A stretch of 64,000 nucleotides of DNA from an uncultured Leptospirales bacterium (GTDB taxonomy: Bacteria > Spirochaetota > UBA4802 > UBA5550): assembly GCA_964450405.1 (NCBI GenBank), contig CAYVCQ010000015.1, positions 12,327 to 76,326 of the forward strand, written 5' to 3'. The position numbers and the translations under genes are program-made. The first letter of the stretch is position 1; the number at the start of each line of letters is the position of its first letter. A model generated the notes under the pieces. It worked only from the letters and a program-made list of their open reading frames with translations, searched no databases and was not told the DNA's origin. Shown piece after piece: positions 56,291 to 64,000 of this stretch.

Positions 56291-58513
56291 ATGAGGAGTT
56301 TTTATTTTCTAGCTAAAAATATCAGTTACACATTTGCTGTTACTTTTTTTATAAGTATACTTGGTCTTGTAGAGGGCTTGTTTTCATTTATAATTGCAAG
56401 TTCATTTGTACTCACATCGTATACAAAAATTGTAAAAATCTTTATACAGTGGCTTCCCCCTATTTTTATAGTAATGATATTTTTATTCTTTATCGCTTCA
56501 GGATTTCTAATGCCGATTAAAATTCCGGCTTTATTAAAGCGTCATAGACGGATTAATGATATTTTTAAAAATGATTTAAAAACTGAACCGGACTCACTTA
56601 AAGAAGCATATTGGGATTTCTCTGATATTGTAATGAATAATACTACTGCTGCAGTATTATTCGTTTTATTAACCAGTTCTGCAATGACTGCGGTCTGCGG
56701 ATGGAAGTTTTATCTGACAGGTGAAATCAATTTATCCGAAACTGAAATTATTCTTAGAATGATATTACTCGCAACGGTTATATCTACAATCGTTTTTCCT
56801 ATGACCACTTATCTTATATCTGAATATTTTACAAACAACGAAAGAGCCGAGCTTTATAATGAGATATTGAAGAAAGGTGAATTAATTAAGCCTCACGTAC
56901 TTTACAGTCTTAGAGTGCATTTTAATTTTTTCATTGTTATAATGATTATAATTCTTTTTACCTTCGCAGCTCTGTTTGAAAAGATACAATCCTTTGGAAG
57001 TAATAACCTGGTAATTCTTCTATTTATGCTCTTTGCGGTTTTTTCTGCATCTTTACTCGCCAGGATTAATGCTAATTCAATTCTTAGAATTCTTAATGAC
57101 ATGGCAAGGGTAACCAGGGAAATTGCCGCAGGTAAAAGATCCGGTTTTAAGGTTTTGTCCCTTGGGAGGGAGTTCTCAAAAATTGAGTATGCCCTGATGG
57201 AAATGGCATGGGAAATCGATGAGCATAGAAAAAATCTGGAACTGAAAGTTCAGGAAAGAACTGAGGAACTTGAAAGAGTATTGAACGATTTAAAGATAAA
57301 AGATGATCAGATTCAGAAACAGCTTGATATGGCAAGTGTTATCCAGAGGAGTATTCTTCTCACGAAAATTGATGATTGGAATGAATTGAAGTTCTCGGTT
57401 AAATATAATGCTATGGAAAAGATCGGCGGGGATTTTTATGACGTCTTTCAGCTTAAAGATAATAAAATAGGGGTACTGATTGCCGACGTTTCGGGTCATG
57501 GAATTCCAGCTGCTCTTGTAACTGCCATGGCAAAAATTTCCTTTGGTAATGCCGGATATCTCTATGATTCACCTAAACGAATTTTTCAGGAAGTAAACAA
57601 GAACATCATTGATCACATGAAAACACAGGATTACATGACGTGCTTCATGGTTGTTATAGATGATGATTACAATATAACATATTCAAATGCCAGCCATCAG
57701 AAGGCTATTGTATTCAGAAAGGAAACCGGTAAGATTGAACTTCTGGATACAAACGGACTTTTTATAGGTGCTCTTGAGGAAGCTAGAGATACTTATGAAG
57801 AAAAAACCACAAAGCTTAATTATGGCGACAGGCTGATTTTATATACTGATGGTATTCCTGAATCTCAGAACAAAGACCGGCAGGAATATTCAAATGAAAG
57901 ATTTGAAAAATCAATCATAGATAATAAAGATCTTCATATTGATGAATTTACAGAATCAATTCTTCGCGATGTTCATAACCACATCGGAGAGATGGGAGCA
58001 ATTGATGATATCACCCTTCTTATTGTGGAACTTGTTGCGGATGAAGCAATAGATATTATTAAGAATTCAAAGAGACTTATTAATAATCATAAATATCTTG
58101 ATGCCATAGAGCTTCTTGAAAATGGTCTGGAAAAGTATCCGGATAATCAGAAGATTCTTTATAATCTTGGTAAGAATTATTTCAGAGTAAACAATTACAA
58201 CAAAGCTGTACAGCTTCTTGACAGATATATTAAAAAAGATAAAAAGAATAAATTCGCCTTTTATGTAAACGGGGCATCTCATTACCAGATGATGGACTTT
58301 AAAAGCGCAATAGAAAATTTTATTTCTGCCATTCAGATCGATCCGAATATGAACAATGCTCTTTTTGCTCTGGGTATGTCATATAAGAATCTTGGGGACT
58401 ATGATACAGCTATACAGACATTTGAGAGAGTTATAAATATTGATGCGGATAACAAAATGGCTCTGTTCGAAATAAAACAGATTGAAAAACTTAAGCAGGG
58501 ATCACTAGCTTGA
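56291..58513 (+). CDS. Membrane-bound HAMP - coiled coil - SpoIIE/PP2C phosphatase - TPR protein
   Basis: Multi-TM N-terminus. HAMP-like LNDMARVTREIAAGK. PP2C strings GGDFYDV, ADVSGHGIPAAL and LILYTDGI. C-terminal TPR repeats. Confidence 0.85.
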   Translation: MRSFYFLAKNISYTFAVTFFISILGLVEGLFSFIIASSFVLTSYTKIVKIFIQWLPPIFIVMIFLFFIASGFLMPIKIPALLKRHRRINDIFKNDLKTEPDSLKEAYWDFSDIVMNNTTAAVLFVLLTSSAMTAVCGWKFYLTGEINLSETEIILRMILLATVISTIVFPMTTYLISEYFTNNERAELYNEILKKGELIKPHVLYSLRVHFNFFIVIMIIILFTFAALFEKIQSFGSNNLVILLFMLFAVFSASLLARINANSILRILNDMARVTREIAAGKRSGFKVLSLGREFSKIEYALMEMAWEIDEHRKNLELKVQERTEELERVLNDLKIKDDQIQKQLDMASVIQRSILLTKIDDWNELKFSVKYNAMEKIGGDFYDVFQLKDNKIGVLIADVSGHGIPAALVTAMAKISFGNAGYLYDSPKRIFQEVNKNIIDHMKTQDYMTCFMVVIDDDYNITYSNASHQKAIVFRKETGKIELLDTNGLFIGALEEARDTYEEKTTKLNYGDRLILYTDGIPESQNKDRQEYSNERFEKSIIDNKDLHIDEFTESILRDVHNHIGEMGAIDDITLLIVELVADEAIDIIKNSKRLINNHKYLDAIELLENGLEKYPDNQKILYNLGKNYFRVNNYNKAVQLLDRYIKKDKKNKFAFYVNGASHYQMMDFKSAIENFISAIQIDPNMNNALFALGMSYKNLGDYDTAIQTFERVINIDADNKMALFEIKQIEKLKQGSLA

Positions 58514-58615
58514 TTAATGCAGGTACAGACCACAGTTATACATCAGGGTATTCTCATTTGCATTTCAGAACGATGCAAACGATAAGTTGAATAAATTATA
58601 TAAATTATTGAAAAT

Positions 58616-59680
58616 ATGAAAAAATTTATAAAAGATTGTGATTACAATGAGGTTATTTCAATAATAACAGATCTCGGTGAAAAAGAGTATAGAGCCAAAC
58701 TGCTTTTTATCTGGCTTTATGAAAAGAATATCACTGATTTCAATGAAATGACTAATTTTTCAAAAGACCTGAGAAGTAAGTTCGATGAGAGATATATAGT
58801 TTCACCTCTTACATTGGAAGACCGGCAGATATCATCAATTGACGGAACAGAGAAGTTTCTTTTTAAAACCATTGATAATCATTTTATTGAAAGCGTCCTC
58901 ATTAAAAATGATATGAATGATGAAGGCAGCAGATTGACTATATGTATATCCTCTCAGGTGGGCTGTCCAATGGGATGCAAATTCTGCGAAACAGCTAAAA
59001 TAGGTTTTATAAGAAATCTTACAACTGGTGAAATACTTGATCAGGTTTGCCAGATTAGACGTATTACAGGTCTAAGCAATAACAACATAGTTTTTATGGG
59101 AATGGGCGAGCCGCTGCTGAACTATGATAATGTTATGAAAACCGCGGATATCATGAACTATACATTCGGTTTTCATCTCTCAGTCAGAAAGATTACAATT
59201 TCTACTTGCGGTATCCTGCCGGCAATTGAAAGATATATCGACGAGAAGAGACCATATAATATGGCTCTTTCACTTAATGATACTGATCCTGAAAAAAGAA
59301 TTATTAATATGCCTGTTGAAAAAAAGTATCCATTTAAAAAAATAGCTGAAATGCTTCACCGGAAGTTTCCTGTATCAAGAAACCGGCTTACTATTGAATA
59401 CATAATGAGGAAAGACAATATATCAGTCGATGATGCGGCAAGATTAAAAAAAATGTTTAAATATGCTAGGGTGAAGTTAAATCTTATTCCATTGAATCCC
59501 GGGAATCACACTCTCCCTATACCGAGCAAATCTGAAATAGAAGCATTTGTGAAAGAACTTGAAATTATGAATATACCTGTATCAATAAGAAAAAGTATGG
59601 GAAGCGATATTTCCGGTGCATGCGGCCAGCTCTCCGGTAAAAAATATAAGAGTAATTCGTCAGTGTCCGGTGAAAATTAG
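58616..59680 (+). CDS. rlmN: 23S rRNA/tRNA adenine-C2 methyltransferase (radical SAM)
   Basis: CISSQVGCPMGCKFCETA radical-SAM cluster motif, GMGEPLLN, C-terminal GACGQL. Confidence 0.9.
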   Translation: MKKFIKDCDYNEVISIITDLGEKEYRAKLLFIWLYEKNITDFNEMTNFSKDLRSKFDERYIVSPLTLEDRQISSIDGTEKFLFKTIDNHFIESVLIKNDMNDEGSRLTICISSQVGCPMGCKFCETAKIGFIRNLTTGEILDQVCQIRRITGLSNNNIVFMGMGEPLLNYDNVMKTADIMNYTFGFHLSVRKITISTCGILPAIERYIDEKRPYNMALSLNDTDPEKRIINMPVEKKYPFKKIAEMLHRKFPVSRNRLTIEYIMRKDNISVDDAARLKKMFKYARVKLNLIPLNPGNHTLPIPSKSEIEAFVKELEIMNIPVSIRKSMGSDISGACGQLSGKKYKSNSSVSGEN

Positions 59681-59916
59681 AACTCAGATCTGATATATTA
59701 TTCCAATGTCAATCCCGGTAAGACGTGCGACCGTAGGAAGTGCCCTTATGGTAAAATCACTTTTTTAAGTACAAAAGATTCCCGCATTTGCGGGGATGAC
59801 AATTTGATTCAAAATAACAAGGTCATAACACCGGTCTTTTGAATCCGTCGCAGGCTTAATGTATTAATTTAATATGTACCGTTTAGAAACTAAATATTCG
59901 TGAGAGATTACTAATT

Positions 59917-62154
59917 ATGCTGCTGCTAAAGTGGATATTGAATCATAAAAAAATCCTATTTGTATACACGCCATTAACAATCGGCATACTGATTATACTT
60001 TATTCCGGATATGTGTATACGCAATGGATTAATGATAAAGAAAAGGCGCTGGATAAACTTGCTAAATACAAAATTCTGATAGATAGAACTGAAGAGATTA
60101 AAAAAGGTTACCCTTATACAAGAAATGAAGTAGAAACCGGAGCTAAAGTTGTAGATATTCCCACTAGAATTTATGATAGAAATGGTGAAGTGATTGGTGA
60201 ATTCTTTGAGGAAAAAAGGGAGATAGTTCCGTTTGATTTTATTCCGAAATATCTGGTTAACGGAGTTACCGCAAGTGAAGACCGTGATTTCTATAATCAT
60301 AGAGGCATAAGTTATACAGGTATACTCAGAGCCTTTGTTAAAAATTTTATTCACCTCCGTGTTGTTCAGGGTGGAAGTACACTTACTCAACAGCTGGCAA
60401 AGGTTCTCTTTACCGATATGGAGAGGAATTTAAAACGTAAAATTTATGAAGCATACTGTGCTGTTGAGATTGAAAAACTTTACGACAAGGAAGATATATT
60501 ATCGATGTATCTTAACCTTATTTATTTCGGTAATGGATCTTACGGCGTTGAATCTACTGCAAAAATGTATTTCGGAAAATCAGTAAAAGATCTTGATCTT
60601 GCTGAATCTATGATGATTGTCGGAACAATATCAAATCCGGGAATATATTCTCCGCTCTCAAGTCTTGGAAACTCATTAAATAAAACAAAAAGAATTCTTG
60701 AATCATACAGCGATGCTGGCTACCTCAAAGAGGAACAGATAGATTTGATATTTAATGAATTCAAAAAAAAATGGGGAGTTGTTTATGAAAACAATATTCC
60801 CGTTAAGTCAAGAATCGGAAGTTTTATATACAGCTCATACAGGATAAACCGTTCTCCCTTCTTTAATGAAAAAATCAGAAGAGAGCTTGTTGAAAGATTC
60901 GGCGAGGAGAGTGTTAAGAGCGGCGGTCTTTCAGTGTATACTACAATAGATCTTCAGAAACAGAATGTTGCTTTGAATGCTCTCAGGAAAGGGGTATTAT
61001 CTCAGAGAGAATATCATGTAAGAGTTTCCAAATCCATTAAAAATGCGGCATCATCACAAAAGGAATTTGAAAAATCAAATAATATTGAAGGAGCAATGGT
61101 GTCGCTTGATCCATTCACCGGTGAAATATTATCATATGTCGGCGGGTACGATTTTACAAGTGAAAATCAGAATGACAGTGTGTCGCAAATAAGAAGACAG
61201 CCTGGTTCATCAATCAAGCCGGTAGTTTATGCCTCGGCAATAGAAGATAAAAGAATTACTCCATCGACAATATTTACAGATAAGCTGATTACATATAAGA
61301 ATAACTATACTCCGCAGAATTACAGCAATACTTTTTCGGGAGATATCATTGTACGTGAAGCACTTGTAAAATCTCTGAATACCATAGCGGTTCAGGTTCT
61401 GGACAAGGAGGGATACTCCAGGCCATTTTCTTTTATTCAGAATGCATTGTCAATACCTGATGGTGAAATGAGTAAGAGATTCGGTAAAACTCTTTCATTT
61501 GCACTTGGTGCTTACGAGATTTCACCCCTTGAAAATGCCGCACTTCAGTCAGCTCTGATAAATGGTGGTGAGCTGATAATTCCATATGGCATTAAAACAG
61601 TAAAAGATTATAACGGTAATATAATCTGGAACAACGAAAGTGAAATTACAGAAAAGCTTACCTCGTTGAGAGAAAGTACCGGGAAAATAATTGATCCGGC
61701 CGCAGCAAGAATTACAATATCCATGCTTGAGGGAATCAAAGAACCTGATTCATCAGTTTACTGGCTGATAAAAAAGTATGGAATAAATTTCCCTTGTGCA
61801 GGAAAAACCGGAACAAGTTCAAATTATGTTGATGCATGGTTTATCGGATATAATCAGAATATGGTAACAGCAATCTGGATTGGAAATAAAACAGGATCAG
61901 TCTCTCTTGGTTCAGGGAGATCGGCAAGCGGAGTTGCTGCACCAGTATGGGCGGAATATATATCCGAGGTTTACAGAGAGAATAAACCTGCAGATTTTAA
62001 ATCCGACATTGAAAATTTAACTTCGGAGACTATCTGTCTCGATAGCGGTGAAGTTGCAGGTCGTAATGGTGAATGTCAGAAAACAGCAGTTCAATTCTAT
62101 TACTCCGGATCTGAACCGGGGAAGTTCTGCAGATTACATGTTAAACAGAATTAA
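59917..62154 (+). CDS. mrcA: Class A penicillin-binding protein (PBP1A-type transglycosylase/transpeptidase)
   Basis: GT51 motifs EDRDFYNHRGI, GGSTLTQQLAK and RKIYE. Transpeptidase motifs SSIKP, SLN and KTGT. Confidence 0.9.
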   Translation: MLLLKWILNHKKILFVYTPLTIGILIILYSGYVYTQWINDKEKALDKLAKYKILIDRTEEIKKGYPYTRNEVETGAKVVDIPTRIYDRNGEVIGEFFEEKREIVPFDFIPKYLVNGVTASEDRDFYNHRGISYTGILRAFVKNFIHLRVVQGGSTLTQQLAKVLFTDMERNLKRKIYEAYCAVEIEKLYDKEDILSMYLNLIYFGNGSYGVESTAKMYFGKSVKDLDLAESMMIVGTISNPGIYSPLSSLGNSLNKTKRILESYSDAGYLKEEQIDLIFNEFKKKWGVVYENNIPVKSRIGSFIYSSYRINRSPFFNEKIRRELVERFGEESVKSGGLSVYTTIDLQKQNVALNALRKGVLSQREYHVRVSKSIKNAASSQKEFEKSNNIEGAMVSLDPFTGEILSYVGGYDFTSENQNDSVSQIRRQPGSSIKPVVYASAIEDKRITPSTIFTDKLITYKNNYTPQNYSNTFSGDIIVREALVKSLNTIAVQVLDKEGYSRPFSFIQNALSIPDGEMSKRFGKTLSFALGAYEISPLENAALQSALINGGELIIPYGIKTVKDYNGNIIWNNESEITEKLTSLRESTGKIIDPAAARITISMLEGIKEPDSSVYWLIKKYGINFPCAGKTGTSSNYVDAWFIGYNQNMVTAIWIGNKTGSVSLGSGRSASGVAAPVWAEYISEVYRENKPADFKSDIENLTSETICLDSGEVAGRNGECQKTAVQFYYSGSEPGKFCRLHVKQN

Positions 62155-62167
62155 TTACGGAGTAAAT

Positions 62168-63025
62168 ATGAACAATAAAATTATATTATTTTCAATACTG
62201 GTTCTGGCGTTATCAAATTTGTCTTTCAGATGGCCTGTTTCTGATGGAGTTTTTAAATCAACTTATGGAGAATCCCGTGGTGATCACTTCCATGATGGTG
62301 TTGATATGACAAGCGCAAGTGAAGATGTGCATCCCATCGAGCAGGGTAAATTATTATATGCATGGAATAAATCTTTTTTCCCGCTTGATAATTACTGGGG
62401 TGGAGGAAACTTTAAAGTATTAGCTCACAGTAATGGATCTTTATCGGTATATATGCATTTACAGGATATTGATAATTTAAAATCTGAATACAGTGAATCG
62501 GATATTATAGGACAAATGGGGAACACCGGTCATTCATATGGTAAACATATACATTTCTCAATGATGAATCCTGAGAAGAGGGAGTCCATTAATCCTCTAA
62601 AAGTACTCCCGGCTTATATAGATACAAAAGCACCGGAAATAATGAATTTTTATATCCGAATAGATAACAAGTACATAAGAATTAATGATAATTCTGACAT
62701 TAGATTGACGAAACATTATCCGCTACTTATAGAAATAAAAGATACAATAAAGGGGAACGAAAACCTTGGAATATACAGAATAAAAGCTGTATTTAATGGA
62801 AAAGAAGTTCTTAACTATGATTTTGGTAAAATAGATTATTCATCAAATGGATTAGTTGTTAACAATAAAATCTTTGGTGATCTTTTTGATGAAAAGGGAT
62901 ATTATAAACTAAATGGTCTGGTTTATATAGAGGGTATTAATACTTTTGCTGTTACAGTTTCTGATTTCAATGGTAATACTGCTGAAAAGAATTTTACTAT
63001 CAATGTAAATCTTGATATGCAGTAG
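62168..63025 (+). CDS. M23 family metallopeptidase
   Basis: Start at the ATG with GGAG upstream, followed by a signal peptide. GDHFHDGVDM (HxxxD) and GHSYGKHIHFS (HxH). Confidence 0.85.
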   Translation: MNNKIILFSILVLALSNLSFRWPVSDGVFKSTYGESRGDHFHDGVDMTSASEDVHPIEQGKLLYAWNKSFFPLDNYWGGGNFKVLAHSNGSLSVYMHLQDIDNLKSEYSESDIIGQMGNTGHSYGKHIHFSMMNPEKRESINPLKVLPAYIDTKAPEIMNFYIRIDNKYIRINDNSDIRLTKHYPLLIEIKDTIKGNENLGIYRIKAVFNGKEVLNYDFGKIDYSSNGLVVNNKIFGDLFDEKGYYKLNGLVYIEGINTFAVTVSDFNGNTAEKNFTINVNLDMQ

Positions 63026-63157
63026 TTATGATAATTTCCTCTGATGTTTTTTTTATCAATAAATCAGTTTAAGCTTGATCTCTTTAATATACCTGATTGT
63101 TCAGGAAAACTCTGGTGCTGAATTTTTCGCGTAAATCTTTAATGTTAATCACTGTAC

Positions 63158-63604
63158 ATGCTTTGCGGAGGTTGTAAATTGGGAAATAAATTGGCATTTT
63201 TAAGAAGAACAAAAGGTATAAAACAATGCGACCTGGCTGTTAAACTGGAAGTTTCGGCTTCATTTCTGTGTAAAATAGAGAAGGGATTACTTGAGCCCAC
63301 TGATTTATTTAAAAATAAATGCGCGGATATTTTTAATGAAAAAGTCGAATCAATCTTTTCACTTATAGAAGATAAAAAAGGGATTATTCTATCGGAGAGT
63401 AAATTAAATAATAATTTATGGACTGTCAGATTGAAAAAAAATATGAAACAGAATAAACTGGCAGAGCTTTTGGGATGTTCTCCGTCATACCTGTCAAAAA
63501 TTGAAAAAGGTTTTCAGGAACCTAACGTCATCTTTAAAAAGAAGTGTGCAAAAATTCTAAAGATCAAAGAAATTGAACTATTTCCTGAAAATAAACCAAT
63601 TTAA
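63158..63604 (+). CDS. Tandem double XRE-family helix-turn-helix protein
   Basis: Two HTH_3 units: LRRTKGIKQCDLAVKLEVSASFLCKIEKG and LKKNMKQNKLAELLGCSPSYLSKIEKG. The exact start is uncertain. Confidence 0.75.
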   Translation: MLCGGCKLGNKLAFLRRTKGIKQCDLAVKLEVSASFLCKIEKGLLEPTDLFKNKCADIFNEKVESIFSLIEDKKGIILSESKLNNNLWTVRLKKNMKQNKLAELLGCSPSYLSKIEKGFQEPNVIFKKKCAKILKIKEIELFPENKPI

Positions 63605-64000
63605 TGAACTATATCTTAATACATATTGTAGTTTTAATTATTCTTTTACTTCTGTCTGCTTTTTTTTCAGGAACTGAAACTGCCTTGTTCTCATTGAAAA
63701 AAGCAGATCTCCATAGATTTTCAGAATCAAAAAAAAATACTGAAAATTCAATTGCCCGTATAATGAAAGATCCCGAAAAAATTCTTATAACACTTTTGAT
63801 GGGAAACCTTTTTGTTAATCTCTCCTTAACGGCAATTGCTACAAATTTCATGCTGGGCTTTTTCGGTCATTATGGACATTTAATAACTATAGCTTTTGTA
63901 ACGCCTCTTATAATAATTCTTTCAGAGATAACTCCAAAAATTATTGCCGTCAATAATTATCATACAATAAGTAAAAACTTTTTTCCATATATAAATTTGT
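63604..64000 (+). CDS. CNNM/DUF21-domain (HlyC/CorC family) membrane protein, 3' end outside the window
   Basis: Not in the ORF track because there is no stop in the window. My translation from ATG 63604 is MNYILIHIVVLIILLLLSAFFSGTETALFSLKK...LLMGNLFVN..., the canonical DUF21 start. The frame is open to nt 64000. TAATG overlap with the upstream gene. Confidence 0.8.
   Translation, partial: MNYILIHIVVLIILLLLSAFFSGTETALFSLKKADLHRFSESKKNTENSIARIMKDPEKILITLLMGNLFVNLSLTAIATNFMLGFFGHYGHLITIAFVTPLIIILSEITPKIIAVNNYHTISKNFFPYINL

Noticed and set aside
59735-59806. The GC-rich strings gtgcgaccgtaggaagtgccc and cccgcatttgcggggatgac downstream of rlmN.
   Set aside because: They are probably isolated half-sites of the same repeat families. 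I could not define a complete element or partner arm.

Overview
AT-rich bacterial chromosomal window with about 55 protein genes, one tRNA and no rRNA or CRISPR. All calls rest on motif recognition in the supplied translations and on reading the DNA by eye; no searches were run.

Housekeeping and transport content:
- tail of an RND efflux permease
- complete livK-HMGF branched-chain amino-acid ABC system
- ansA
- five-gene Opp/Yej-type peptide ABC operon
- rlmN, PBP1A, an M23 peptidase and a CNNM/DUF21 gene
- a hybrid histidine kinase
- a HAMP-SpoIIE-TPR phosphatase

Accessory content:
- three type II toxin-antitoxin modules: hicAB, vapBC/phd, and mntA with a nonsense-mutated hepT
- a decayed islet of about 1.5 kb bounded by a 59-nt duplication of the tRNA-Arg(TCG) 3' end
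- several families of GC-rich palindromic, MITE-like elements standing out from the AT-rich intergenic DNA; one still carries an internally deleted DUF559 endonuclease gene
- a bacterial cereblon-like CULT-domain protein

Most interesting locus, 5.3-17.4 kb:
- A 277-aa secreted protein is translationally coupled to a 3379-aa signal-peptide-bearing giant protein.
- The giant protein has a long helical body, a Gly/Ala-rich hydrophobic module and a C-terminal domain with an H-x6-D...H LAS-type (M15/VanY-like) peptidoglycan-peptidase signature.
- It is followed by a signal-anchored MORN/YwqK-like immunity-type protein.
- A 39-nt piece of the giant gene is repeated downstream of the immunity gene, bracketing the toxin-immunity portion like a cassette-exchange scar.
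- No known dedicated secretion system is encoded nearby. I read this as a candidate undescribed Sec-dependent giant polymorphic-toxin-like system.
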